Shown here one piece after another: positions 32,784 through 44,698 of a stretch of 64,000 nt of DNA. Below the pieces are notes generated by a model. That model saw only the letters and a list, made by a program, of their open reading frames with translations, was not told where the DNA came from and did not search any database. A program made the translations under genes and the position numbers. The stretch is from positions 1-64,000 of the forward strand of contig CAVSMN010000016.1 in assembly GCA_963729045.1 (NCBI GenBank), given 5' to 3'. How positions within the stretch are numbered: the first letter of the stretch is position 1; the number at the start of each line of letters is the position of its first letter. This stretch comes from an uncultured Nitrososphaeraceae archaeon (GTDB taxonomy: Archaea > Thermoproteota > Nitrososphaeria > Nitrososphaerales > Nitrososphaeraceae).

Positions 32784-33744
32784 TTGGATCAATTCAACGA
32801 GTTCTTGTTACTGGTGGGGCAGGATTTATCGTAGTCATAATGTTGATGAATTACTAAAGAGAGGATTTGAAACATTTATAATTGATAATTTTTCTAGAGG
32901 TAAATTGGATAATTTAAAACATAATCTTTCAAACCCAAAGTTGCATATTTTACGTGGAGATATTTCCCAAATTCATGATATTTTGAAAGATTTAAAGGAT
33001 TTAGATATCGTATTTCATGAAGCTGTAATAACAAGTGTCACAGAATCAGTCAGAAATCCTGAAAATGTATTTGATTCAAACGTAGCATCCACCATGAAGG
33101 TAATTGATTTCTGTGTGAATTATGGTGTAAAAAAGATTTTTTTTGCATCATCCTCAGCTGTCTATGGGGATCTACCCAACGATGTATTAAGGGTAGATTT
33201 AGCGTGCAAACCAACCTCTCCATATGGGGCTTCAAAGTTATCCGTGGAAAACTATCTTCATGGTTATTGGAAAACTTATGGGCTAAAATGCGTCTCATTA
33301 CGATATTTCAATGTATATGGTTCTAGACAAAGTAATATTGAGTATAGCGGAGTATTAACGATTTTTATTGGTAGGTTGATAAACAATCTAGCCCCTATTA
33401 TTTATGGCGATGGGTCCCAGACTAGGGATTTTGTAAATATTAAAGACATAGTATATGCCAATATGCTCTCTATGGAGTCTAACAACGCTGTGGGTGATAT
33501 TTTTAATATCGGAACCGGAGTTCCTACCTCAATTTTAGATCTAGTTCAGATTGCAAAGAACACAATCGGCAAGAAAGAAATTTATCCAAAGTACACTGAC
33601 GCTCGGGCGGGAGATATTCTTAAAAGTCTTTCGGATATATCTAAAGCCCGAAACTTGTTAGGATACTATCCAAGAATAGATCTCCGAGATGGACTTGAAA
33701 GTTTTGTGAGATCTTATTTATCTTCATCGCTCATCCATGTTTAA
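32784..33744 (+). CDS. NAD-dependent nucleotide-sugar epimerase/dehydratase (5' frameshifts)
   Basis: RVLVTGGAGFI upstream of ORF 32905; ASSSAVYG, YGASK, LRYFNVYG, GDGSQTRDF. Confidence 0.88.
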
Positions 33745-34450
33745 ATCATTAGGTTGAACGAATTCATAGCATTTTTAGAACATTCTTATGGGTTTGCAAT
33801 AGATTGCCAAAGAGTATAGGAAAATTTAGAAAGAGTTATCCTGATATTTCTTCTTGGTTGTATTTTTTTATTGAAGTCAATCCTATCAAACAGAGAAATT
33901 TCAACAATACACTATCGCAAAGGAGTCTATGATTTAGCAAATTATTATGTAGAGATACTATTTTTGACTTGTTATTTTTCGAAGGTTCTATATATGATGA
34001 TTTCAATCCCTTAGACAAAAAAATTTGTATACTGTATCACAAAGAATGCAATGTGTATACCTGTATTCGCTTACTTCCAGTTCCTTGCATAAGGTGCATC
34101 AATACAGAAATATTTCAATCCTTTTCACATCTTTACTTTGTAAATAAAGATCATACATTAGAAACACCATGAATTCGCTCACAACAAAAAATCAATATTT
34201 TTAGTCCCTAAATAAAAAAGGCGGAAAGAATTTGCCTTAGATCCCTAATTTTATTCTAATGGCTCATAAATGTTCTGTAACCAAGTAAATGAAATCAAGA
34301 ATCAATAGTGTAGGAACTAAAAAAATATGGGGGTTTCTAAAATCAATTGTGACAATTTTTGTTTGTGGTCCAAAAAAAAGTATACCAGAGTGCGAGCTAG
34401 CCTCAATACCAATAGAAGTTCTTAATATAGTATAATATCATACTATAATA

Positions 34451-34930
34451 ATGTCTGAAGCAAAAAATGTTAATCCACATTATGAAAAAATAGTAGATTG
34501 GCTTAAAAAGGACCCAATTTGTAACGTGGACGAAACATTAGATGATGATAATACGGTATCCATTATTAATACAAGTTATTTCGAAGATTTCAAAATCAGT
34601 GTTTATCTTTATAAAACTGACATGGGGCGAATTGAAATCATATCTAGACCTCGTCTTATAACTGAGGAGGGTAAAATTCTACAAAATAGGGCCAACGATG
34701 TAATTAATGATTTTCAAACACAATTGACGATGGATTTACTGAAGGTGGGTGTATTTTGTTCATTGCAAACAAACAATGAGGGTAATTCCATTGGTCTCAC
34801 TTTGCTGTATCCCTTGTTCTTTGATAACCTGACGCGGGAATTATTTATGCAGGCTGTCCATACCGTAGCTAGAGCATGTTTGATAACGGCTCTAGAATTT
34901 GATAAGTTTGCTCTTGATTATCAAGAGTAG
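34451..34930 (+). CDS. Hypothetical protein (possibly DUF2299/YbjN-like)
   Basis: 159-aa ORF ending LFFDNLTRELFMQAVHTV; family call tentative. Confidence 0.55.
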   Translation: MSEAKNVNPHYEKIVDWLKKDPICNVDETLDDDNTVSIINTSYFEDFKISVYLYKTDMGRIEIISRPRLITEEGKILQNRANDVINDFQTQLTMDLLKVGVFCSLQTNNEGNSIGLTLLYPLFFDNLTRELFMQAVHTVARACLITALEFDKFALDYQE

Positions 34931-35520
34931 CCTCAAAATGTTAAATTGTAGTTATTCTGTTGCCTAAATAATTCATTAATAGGAAAACCTTTTTTTTGAA
35001 TCGCATTGGTCTATCACATAAATCTGATGACATTTGGAAATAAAAGAATCCAAAACTCAGACTTGTTCCGGATTTAATCTTGCTATCTGATGTTTTGCTT
35101 TAATTTGAATTTATTGAATGTTCAAATAAGGAAATAAGGGAAATAAGGACATGGATAGAAACAAGAATTAAAAAAACTTGATTCCCTATTTTTGATAAGT
35201 CTATTGCTTAACAATAGTTACTAATTTATCTACTTAATCACTTCCATTAAAGCCTTCAATAAATTATCTGCTAACAATCAATTCGTATCTATTAGCGATT
35301 TGAATCGTGAGGTTTTTTCGATAAACTAATTTATTTTCGGGCTTAATGACATGGTCAATCCTATTTAGAAGTACATGAGTCAAATTTCAAATTTGTTAGA
35401 AGAATTGTATCTAAGTTTTTTTATGAATTGGCTTGATGTGTTCAGGCATTAAACTAAATATTATATAATATTCCTTAATATAGGATTAATTTTTTTTAAA
35501 AAAAGGAGATGGGGCTAGGC

Positions 35521-36039
35521 TTATCTTTGTGCTAATGCATTATTGCCGGTATTGACCTGGTTTTGGAAATTAAAATTGTTGCCAGAACCGACTGTATTCC
35601 CGCCTGACACAACCTGGCTATTTTGACTGGAGGATTGTGATTGACCTATTCCTTGACTAGCTTTGTTGCCACCCTTTCCATTTCCATCTTGTGCCAATGC
35701 ATTGTTTCCACTGTTCTGTTGGTTTTGGACGTTTATGTTGTTACATGAAGCACTAGTACTGCCGCCGGAAACACATTGAGAATTTTGACTAGAGGATTGT
35801 GATTGACCTATTCCTTGAGAAGCCTTGTTACCATTACCATTGTTGTTATCATTATGGTGCCTAAAGTAATTCTTGCACCAGTTCTTACTATGATCATCTC
35901 TACAGTCTTCCCAATCATTGTACTTTTGCTTCGCTAATACGCTATTTATTCCGGATATAGATGGACCCATAATCATTACTGTCGCAAATACTGCTACAAC
36001 TAATAGTGCAGTTTTTTTTGTATGCTTTGACCTTAACAT
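35521..36039 (-). CDS. Secreted Q/N-ladder protein with two repeat units, copy C
   Basis: Signal peptide, WEDC-x7-C minidomain, then NKASQGIGQSQSSSQNSQ...GNNALAQ twice. Confidence 0.85.
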   Translation of the reverse strand: MLRSKHTKKTALLVVAVFATVMIMGPSISGINSVLAKQKYNDWEDCRDDHSKNWCKNYFRHHNDNNNGNGNKASQGIGQSQSSSQNSQCVSGGSTSASCNNINVQNQQNSGNNALAQDGNGKGGNKASQGIGQSQSSSQNSQVVSGGNTVGSGNNFNFQNQVNTGNNALAQR

Positions 36040-36456
36040 TTTAGTCTTATATTGTATATTATGAAAATATGATATAACAATTTGTTAAGATTATCAGAGT
36101 AATTATTTCTGTTCATTCTATTCATTAATTTGTTATGGAATAGTTTTAGGATTTCTTTATATAGCACTTATAAGACTAAGCAAATGGATTTCCGTGTATT
36201 AGGTAATTAATGAAAAAAGGGATCTTGTAACTCGTAACTAGTTATTCACTAATAAGGGACTGCTCTCAAAGAAATTTACTTTCGGCGGTTGAATTACTGA
36301 TAAACTTGATAGAACACAATCGATCTAATACTATTATTTCAAATATTCTAATTGTATATCCAAGATTTTCTATATTATTGATGATTTTTAATTCTATTAT
36401 AAAATTTTTGGGTTTAAAAAAATAAGATGTGGCAATACTAATTTAAAATAAAAGGT

Positions 36457-36714
36457 TTATTGTTGGCCTGCTGCGTTGTTACCATCTTGTGCGTTTATAG
36501 ATAAGCCTACATTGTTACATGATGCAAGCGTATTGTTGTCTGTTGCACATTCTGAAAATTGACCTGTCTCTGATAATTGGCCTAAAAATTGTGCTCCGTC
36601 GTTGCTACTTTTTTTGGTTGCAAATGCCATATTATCTCCAAATGTTACTGTTGAACCCACTAATGCTGCTGCAATAAAGATTGACAAGATCGACAATTGA
36701 ATTTTATTATTCAT
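36457..36714 (-). CDS. Small secreted Q/N-ladder Cx9C protein, copy D (intact)
   Basis: Signal peptide nearly identical to copies A/B; QFLGQLSETGQFSECATDNNTLASCNNVGLSINAQDGNNAAGQQ. Confidence 0.85.
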   Translation of the reverse strand: MNNKIQLSILSIFIAAALVGSTVTFGDNMAFATKKSSNDGAQFLGQLSETGQFSECATDNNTLASCNNVGLSINAQDGNNAAGQQ

Positions 36715-36754
36715 GTGTATATGTTCTTAGTATTGTATAAGTGAATTGTTTAAG

Positions 36755-36777
36755 CAGATTCTGAAATAATCTTACTA
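36755..36777 (-). promoter_or_regulatory. Conserved 23-bp upstream element, copy 3
   Basis: cagattctgaaataatcttacta is the exact reverse complement; 41 nt from the start codon at 36714. Confidence 0.7.
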
Positions 36778-37218
36778 TAATTAATTCCCATATATCAAAT
36801 GTCAACAAGCATGAACAAACTGGTAATATTTTACCTCATCACTTTTTTCTAATTGATGGGAATTACTCGTTGATTTCTCAGATTATATCCATCTTACTCC
36901 TCTAACAGCTTAATCATTTAGATAGAAAAAACAAAATCAAATATCTAATTTTCTTGTGCCTAAATATATTGATGTCGGTTTAGTCAAGTATCCTTACCGT
37001 GATAAAAGCTAAATTTCCAAGAAAGATAATAAGGTTCATTGTAATATCCTACTTTATTTTGTCAAGAGTAGAAAAACCGATTTTAGTACAGTAATAATCA
37101 TTGCGTCGGCACCAGGAGAGGACATGTCTAGACTTTCATCTTGATATGATCAGCAAGTATTATTGGTGGGCTTCAATCCTCTGCTTTGCTATAGATTTTA
37201 GGTTAAGTAGTAATTATT

Positions 37219-37267
37219 TGAACAAATTGAACAAGAATATGAACAAACTGAACAAGAATCTGAATAC
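37219..37267 (+). repeat. TGAACAA boxes in a 21-bp tandem unit
   Basis: TGAACAA at 37219, 37228, 37240, 37249 and TGAATAC at 37261 (spacing 9,12,9,12). Confidence 0.8.
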
Positions 37268-37276
37268 TTTAAATAA

Positions 37277-39116
37277 ATGTCAACTTATATGAGTGGAGAT
37301 TTGAAAGCATCAGAAAAATCCGTTATAGAAGGATATCTGAATGGAAATTCCTATGAAAAAATATCGAAACAGAATCAAATTTCAAAGGGAACCGTGTTTA
37401 ACATTATTAAAGGGTGGAAGGACCGGATTGCTGTCCCAGATATTGATTCTATAAGAGAATTCTCTGTCTTCGTAAACAAATCAGGGTTGACCCTAGATCA
37501 ATGTGTTCAAGGGGTTAGATTTATCAAAATCTTGTCTAAGCTTCGGAATCTCAGACGAATTAGATATTGGTCAGGCGCTTTATTCTGATGATAATACTCA
37601 TTTTAAATATACCCACCTGGAAGAGAATACAGGAATTACGGATGATGAAAGTGCTGGAAAAAAATCTGGTAGAGATGCCGCAACCCGCAGAGACAGTTTT
37701 TATCACTTTGTAGGTAATCTTTATGATAATTGTAAAATTCATCATATAGATCCCGCTATCATAGTAAGATGGATGGATGACTTGTTAGAATTTGGCTTTT
37801 CTACCTTCAATTCCAATACAATTGAATCGAATGCTGGCGGTACACCTATCGATGACGCAACAAATTTTCCAAAAAATAGTATCGTAAGGATCAAAAGAAA
37901 CCAAATATCCTTAATTTCTAAAATTGACAATTATCTTGAAAAGGAGAAGCTAGAATTTCAAAGACTGCAACAAGCCAGGATCAAACTTTCGAGAGATATC
38001 AAAAGGGCAATTCAACACAAGAACACTATTGTCTCTAACCTAGAAAAAACTATGATAAAAGAGCGAAATATCATGAAGTATTATTCATGGTATAAGTCCC
38101 TTATGCAAGAACTAGAATATGAATACGGTATAGATATCGGAGAGGAATTCGGCTCCTTTGCAAGGGCAATTGTAGATTTCAAGGCTTATAACTACAATGT
38201 GCTCGATATTATCAAAGATTATAAACAGATCGAATCATTGAGAGAAGAGAAAGAGAAAGTTCAAAGTATAATTGATTTAATTACACACAAAAGAGATATC
38301 CTACTCGAAGAAATTGACTCTCTACAGGAAAACCTTAGCTATTCAACCCAGTCCTTGAATACCTATAAGGAATTACTTGAGAGAGGGCTTGGACTTAAGG
38401 AACTCAAACAGCTATTAAACACATTAATAGAAATCTCTAGAGCTAACAAAATAGCTGACTGGGAAGCATTGCCCAGATTTCTCAACGATGTGGAAAAACA
38501 ATACGATAATAAACTAGGATTTGAAAGCACATTAAATAATCTTAAGGCAAAAATGGAGAAACTTCAGGCTGAAGTTCCAGAATATAAATGGTATTTAAAA
38601 TTACAGGGGGTTGTAAGCCCAACCATTATCCATCTTAACAGATGTGGTGTAACAAACGAAGACATTCTTAACATAAATAGTTTGGTGCTATCTTTCAAGA
38701 ATTCCAATTTTATTGATGATCTTGCACTTAGGGAGAATGGTAACGGTGTAATTAAAAATGGTACTCTTAATAGGAACGAATACTGGCAACGATTTATAGA
38801 AAAATTAAAGAGTTTAAAAAATATTCATTTGGCGATTAATCAGAGTACGTCCATTTCTAATAATCTAAAAATACAAATCGAAAGATTAAAGGTAAAAAAG
38901 CAGGAGTTGGAAAAAAATTATTCCGACGCAGTAACAAATCTGAATCACATTCTTATACAAACGTCTTTTTCAATTGAAGTAACCAGACATCTCCAACAAG
39001 AAATAAATAAAAAATTGTTGACTGCTGCGGGACTGAATCCAATAATGTTTAATGTACTAATAATAAGAAACAAAGATGAGGAAAACAATAAAAAGGAAAA
39101 CAACGGTGACGAGTAA
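37277..39116 (+). CDS. N-terminal HTH plus long coiled-coil protein (frameshift near 37540)
   Basis: YLNGNSYEKISKQNQISKGTVFNIIKGW HTH in 37277..37588; heptad-rich 37503..39116. Confidence 0.75.
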
Positions 39117-39789
39117 AGGTTATTTGAATTAATTTTGAGGTTTGTATTATTTTTGATAATTATCGAAGAGAAAGGATGATGACCTGGCTATCACTTACGA
39201 AATAATGAATCACTAAAAATTCTCTTAATATCGTCAATTTTGATGTAATTCGCGATTCTCTTTAGGAAGTTTTTGCAAAAAATAAAAAGTTGTGAATATG
39301 ATTAGTTCGACTACAATATTAGAGGGGAGGGGATATTACCGAATCACTAAAACAGGGAAGAATTTTGGTTAGTATTTTTCCTCTTCCTGCATATATTGCA
39401 ATATTTTATCTGCGGTTTGCAAATCGTGTCTTTTGCTACGGACGGGGTTTAAACCCTGTCTTTCAATACTTGAGTTTTTTTGTAATGACTTTTCTTCACC
39501 TCCTACTGTACCAAACTTGATTTTTTTTCTTTGCTTTTTCATGCTCGTTTTAGTCCAATAAACTATAAAACTGGTTACTTTTTTACCAAATTAAACAATA
39601 AGGATTTGATAGGGCAGGGAATAAAGGTATAATATAGATAAATCCTCAATTTTATCGATTTAATTAACCTTTCAAGTCTTCATATGGCGTCTCATCTCCA
39701 CCAATTTGTTCAAATTCTTAATTTGACGTGGCCCTTCCTAAAACGGAAAAAAATAAATTATTTCAATAATCAAAATATGAAGATGAAAT

Positions 39790-39936
39790 TTAAGAAACTC
39801 CACTAGGCTGTTTATGTTCTGAATGTTCAAGCTTTATGTGCTCTTCTTTCTCATCCTTGTTTCTAAATGTAATTCCGCAAAGGTGGCATGTATTATCAGA
39901 AGACGGTTTGTTAGCTGGTTCGCCAGTTGTCCCCAT
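39790..39936 (-). CDS. 48-aa C2H2 zinc-finger microprotein (not in ORF track)
   Basis: MGTTGEPANKPSSDNTCHLCGITFRNKDEKEEHIKLEHSEHKQPSGVS*: CxxC-x3-F-x8-H-x4-H. Confidence 0.8.
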   Translation of the reverse strand: MGTTGEPANKPSSDNTCHLCGITFRNKDEKEEHIKLEHSEHKQPSGVS

Positions 39937-40409
39937 ATTAACAACTATACAGCATTTGTAAATATAAGCATTAAATTGGTTGATTAAGAAGAGCTGTCCA
40001 GCAGCCGAACAATTATAATTTGATACTATTGATGGGTTAATATTTTTCTAGATTTTTATGTTTTTGAGTAAAACCCTCCTTCAATAAGCAAAAATTTATT
40101 ATTTGATCTTAACAATTTTACTACTATTTTCATTTTGAAATTGTTTGATTGGATACCATTTCTTCATAGAAAAAATGGCTATGACGTTATGACCAATATC
40201 GTTGAAATCATTTCAGTTTTCTTGCGAATAACTCAATACTGCAGGTTGACTCCAGATATGCAGTCTTTCACTATCATACAATCTTTCCTTTATCATATTT
40301 CCATTCTTCCCAATCTCACGCAAGAATACAATTATTAATTTTTTTAATCCAATTAGCGTAAATACTAGATATATTTAGTTTTATATTAGACAAGGTAGGA
40401 AAATGAAAA

Positions 40410-41009
40410 ATGGAAGGGATCGATGATAAAAATAATAGTGATTCTAATTTGGACCCTAAAGATGATACTGAGATAACTAAAAAATACTTAATAGAAATTG
40501 TTGGGAAATTTAAAAATATTTCTACCATAGAACTTCCAAATTATGAAGAGGCCTTAGAATTATTTAATCAGAGGTCAAAGGAAGGGAAAAATCTAATACT
40601 TTATGAGATACACAGATCAAAAATTGATGGATCGATGGTTAAAAAGGTTCCAGTGCTTAATACATCCAAGCATGCAGAGAGAATGCGAGTTCTCCAAGAG
40701 GAATTAAAGGATTCTACTCCCGCCAATAATGGGACAGTTAATGCTCCAGCTTCTACGCCATCCTCTCCGGACCAGAAAAGTAAAATGACACTTGGAACAA
40801 TGAAATTTAAGATAATAATTCTAGCTGCTGTAGTAGCTGGTTTTATACTGACACTATTTATGTTAAATATCATTGCAAGTGGAGGTAGTGGAAGTATGTC
40901 TGCCCATTCGATCGGATTTGATGCTATCCAGAACTACGTTCAAACTGCATCAAATGTTAATTACAATTACAATCATCAGGATTTAGTTTCGATCTATTTT
41001 CTTCCCTAA
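40410..41009 (+). CDS. Single-pass membrane protein
   Basis: 199-aa ORF with one TM helix near the C-terminus. Confidence 0.65.
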   Translation: MEGIDDKNNSDSNLDPKDDTEITKKYLIEIVGKFKNISTIELPNYEEALELFNQRSKEGKNLILYEIHRSKIDGSMVKKVPVLNTSKHAERMRVLQEELKDSTPANNGTVNAPASTPSSPDQKSKMTLGTMKFKIIILAAVVAGFILTLFMLNIIASGGSGSMSAHSIGFDAIQNYVQTASNVNYNYNHQDLVSIYFLP

Positions 41010-41460
41010 TATCAAATTTCTATTAGCTCTTAATTCCTTTAATACAAATTTTATCAGAATCTATTTGTTTAAATTTTAAGCCTTAGAACCAAACTATGTT
41101 GTTCTTGCAAAACTACTGCATCTCAATTTTGTTAATGAGGTTCTTAGTCTAAAAGAAAAATCAACTCAGTTCTGTCGAGACTTATTCACCATTCTACCGT
41201 TTTTCTAATCCCTAGGATGAAAAAAACATCTTTCTCATGTGCCTCATAACAACCATTTTCAAATATCTATTCGAAAACACCACCCCCAAATGCATCAGAT
41301 TTTCGACAATATGCAAAGACATCAAATGATGAAATTTAGAATGTTAGTGCAAAATCTCCTAATACATTTAAATAATCCATTTCATCGAAAATTTGATCAT
41401 ATGGATAATAATTGTCTTTTATTCCCAATTATATAATAATATATCTAACAGTAAATCCTT

Positions 41461-42645
41461 GTGAATATTCTGATATCGTTGTTACTTCTATTCTCCGTAG
41501 TAGGTGGAAGCTTGATTTTATTTGATTATGATGATATTTTTGCACAAAGCACTGATTTCCAATTACCGTCTTTATCCTTTAGCACTCCCTATTCAGACAT
41601 GCCATCAAACTTGGAAGGCTCGCTTTCAGAACTCGGTGATATAGATGAAGTGGATTCTCAAGTGAAAGAAATAATAAAACCAGCATTTCAGAATCCGTTA
41701 GAAAATTCTGCTACTAAAGAAAAGGATGATATTTCGTCTGTCATTGATTCCAAAGGTAGTGGGATTGGAGAAGAAAGTGCTTCTACTACCAGTAGTAGTG
41801 ATGGTAATGTATATGTGGTAGACTATGCTAATATTCGAGTTCAGAAATTCAATAATCAAGGTGACTATATCTCTAAATGGGGTACCAAAGGCCAGGCGGA
41901 TGGTCAATTTGGAGTGCCTCATGGAGTAGATGTTGACAAAGAAAGGAATGTTTACATCGTCGATATGGATAACAATAACGTTCAAAAGTTTGATAGCGAA
42001 GGTAACTTCCTCTATAAATGGGGCTCCAGGGGTACTGGGGATGGCCAATTCATGCATCCTCATACCATCAAATTGGATTCAGCTGGCAACTCCTACGTAA
42101 GTGATATGGCAAACTTTAATATTCAAAAGTTTGATAGCGAAGGTAACTTCCTCTATAAATGGGGCTCCAGGGGTACTGGGGATGGCCAATTCAATGCCCC
42201 TGAAGGAGTTGCTATGGATTCTTTGGATAACATATATGTTACAGATACTGATAATAATAACGTTCAAAAGTTTGATAGCAAAGGTAACTTTATCTCTAAA
42301 TGGGGAACCACAGGTGAAAATGAAGGCCAATTCAAGAAGCCTGCTGGCCTGGATATAGATAAAAATGATAATATTTATGTAGTAGATGCTGGCAATAGTC
42401 GAATCCAAAAATTTGATAGCAATGGTGAATTCTTGACAACATGGGGATCAAAAGGACCAGGAAACGGACAACTAGCTAGCCCCCATGATGTGGCGGTAGA
42501 TTCTGAAGGAATCGTTTACGTAGTTGAGCAGCTAAACTTTAGAGTTCAAAAATTTGATAGCAATGGTGAATTCTTGACAACATGGGGATCCGAAGGAAGC
42601 AATGACGATCAATTTCTTGATCCTCACAGTATTGTGGTATCATAA
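41461..42645 (+). CDS. Secreted NHL-repeat beta-propeller protein
   Basis: 47-aa repeats YVxDxxNxRIQKFDSxGxFxxxWGxxGxxDGQFxxPxG; two repeats share an identical DNA stretch 141 nt apart. Confidence 0.92.
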   Translation: MNILISLLLLFSVVGGSLILFDYDDIFAQSTDFQLPSLSFSTPYSDMPSNLEGSLSELGDIDEVDSQVKEIIKPAFQNPLENSATKEKDDISSVIDSKGSGIGEESASTTSSSDGNVYVVDYANIRVQKFNNQGDYISKWGTKGQADGQFGVPHGVDVDKERNVYIVDMDNNNVQKFDSEGNFLYKWGSRGTGDGQFMHPHTIKLDSAGNSYVSDMANFNIQKFDSEGNFLYKWGSRGTGDGQFNAPEGVAMDSLDNIYVTDTDNNNVQKFDSKGNFISKWGTTGENEGQFKKPAGLDIDKNDNIYVVDAGNSRIQKFDSNGEFLTTWGSKGPGNGQLASPHDVAVDSEGIVYVVEQLNFRVQKFDSNGEFLTTWGSEGSNDDQFLDPHSIVVS

Positions 42646-42828
42646 TATTTTTCACAAATTTTATTAATTAGACACTGGTTTTATTAACTCTCATTTTATT
42701 TCTATATCTTTTGCAAAATTTGAGATAATCTGCTTTATGCAGGAGCAAATATGGGTCTAAATATTCAAAGATGATACTCTACCTTAATTACTACATAACT
42801 ATTTAAACCAATGAAAATAATTTTTTTT

Positions 42829-43647
42829 GTGAAGTTTGCTTTTAGCACTAACGCCTTTACCAATTATTCATTAACCCAATCAATAGAAGAAATTTCCAAA
42901 ATAGGTTATGATGGTGTCGAGATAATGTGTGACGTTCCTCATGCATATCCCCCAAAATTGAATGAAAATAAAATTAAGGAAATTAGTAATTCGCTAATTC
43001 GTAATAGAATAGAAATTTCCAATCTAAATGCTTTTACTTTATTTGGCTTAGGTGATACATACCATCCTTCTTGGATAGAAAATGCAGAAGATGTCCGAGA
43101 GCTCCGCATCCAACATACTTTAGATTGCATTAATCTAGCTGAAAAACTTGGTGCAAAAAATATTTCTATAGAACCAGGGGGACCAATCGAGGTGCCTACA
43201 AACAGAGATAAGTATTTAGATCTTTTTGCGATGGGAATAAGAGATGTTCTTCCTCATGCGGAAAAAAAACAGATAAAGGTATTAATTGAACCAGAACCTG
43301 AATTATTGATTGAATCTTCGACTGAATTTTTGCATTTTATGAAGGAATTTGATTCTGAATTTTTGAAATTAAATTTTGATATTGGCCATTTTCACTGTGT
43401 TAATGAGGATCCAAGTGCTTTAATTCTCAAATTACAGGCCTATATCGAACATTTTCATATGGCCGACATAAAAAACAGAAAACATTTCCATTTGATCCCT
43501 GGACATGGATCGATTGATTTCAAATCCGTTTTTGCGAAAATGGACGAGATAGGCTATAAAGGATATGTTACTGTCGAACTCTACCCTTATAAGACAAACC
43601 CAATATATGCTGCTGTAGAATCGATAAAGTATATTAATTCAATCTAG
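42829..43647 (+). CDS. Sugar-phosphate isomerase/epimerase, xylose-isomerase-like TIM barrel
   Basis: MKFAFSTNAF start (GTG 42829), IEPEPELL, NFDIGH, HFHMADI, HFHLIPGHG, VELYPY. Confidence 0.88.
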   Translation: MKFAFSTNAFTNYSLTQSIEEISKIGYDGVEIMCDVPHAYPPKLNENKIKEISNSLIRNRIEISNLNAFTLFGLGDTYHPSWIENAEDVRELRIQHTLDCINLAEKLGAKNISIEPGGPIEVPTNRDKYLDLFAMGIRDVLPHAEKKQIKVLIEPEPELLIESSTEFLHFMKEFDSEFLKLNFDIGHFHCVNEDPSALILKLQAYIEHFHMADIKNRKHFHLIPGHGSIDFKSVFAKMDEIGYKGYVTVELYPYKTNPIYAAVESIKYINSI

Positions 43648-43680
43648 GTTATGTAACTTAAAATATTTGGATGAACAATC

Positions 43681-44618
43681 ATGTTTCAAAATCCCTACCT
43701 AAAGCTCCTCCGAATTTCTAATGTTTTCACGGTTCCACCAGACATTATTGTAGGATTTTTAGCAGTATCCATCCAACTTAACTTCTTCGACTGGTCACAG
43801 TATTTCCGATCTCGTAATTTTGATTTTTTCTTCCATTTTTTTATACCTTGGAGGTATGGTCTCAAATGATATATTTGATATCAAAGTGGATAGACTAGAG
43901 AGACCAACTAGACCATTGCCCTCAGGCAGTATAAGAAAAACAAATGCATTACTTCTGACCATCCTCATGTTTAGTTTGGGATTAATCCTTGCGGTCATTT
44001 GTCAATCATTCTGCTCTTGGAATCTCATTGTTACTCATTATAGGTATAATATCCTATAATTATAAAATCAAGAATGGATTTTTCAGACCATATTTGATGG
44101 CAGGAATACGAGCATTGAATGTTATTTATGGCGCCAGTTTTGTATTTGACATATCCAATTATAGCACGGGTCTTAGCTCTTTTCTATTACTTGCTTTGGC
44201 ATCTTGTGTCGTGTATTTTCATATCTTCATCCTGACCTCTCTTAGCAAAAGCGAAACAACCCGAGAATTTTTAAGAGTCAAAAACGTCCTAAATATTCAA
44301 AAAATTCAAATCATATATCTTGTATTTCTGCTTTTCTCTTTATCACTAGCAATAATTTTAATACCCTTTAAATTGGATTTCCTGATTTTCATCCTATTCT
44401 TCTTGTTCTTGATCAATTTACTTTTCAATAGAGCTTCCAAAATGGACAACAGCCAAGGCGAATCAATGATAAGATTCATGGTCAAACATATGCTAATTCT
44501 GCTTATAATTCTGGATTGCGCATTCATAGCTGGTGAAGCTGGTCTACTCAGCGGGTCAATTGTAGCATTACTTACAATTCCGTGCATAGTACTTGGTAAA
44601 TGGATTAGCATGACTTGA
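43681..44618 (+). CDS. UbiA-family prenyltransferase, EboC-like (two frameshifts)
   Basis: YLKLLRISNVFTVPPDI, LYLGGMVSNDIFDIKVDRLERPTRPLPSG, YNYKIK...MAGIRALNV and IILD across three overlapping ORFs. Confidence 0.85.
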
Positions 44619-44698
44619 GCAAGTACATAGATTAGGCTATAATTTCTTTTTTTTCATCCAAAATTACAATCTGACGAGATATAGGCATATCAGTTGAA

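Noticed and set aside
21160..36714. Q/N-Cys proteins as RiPP precursors
   Set aside because: They carry Sec-type signal peptides, and no modifying enzyme or peptide exporter is nearby; the only radical SAM gene is elp3
37101..37292. 63-aa ORF with LNKLNKN repeats
   Set aside because: Weak TTG start and no protein-like features; the repeats are the TGAACAA array read in frame
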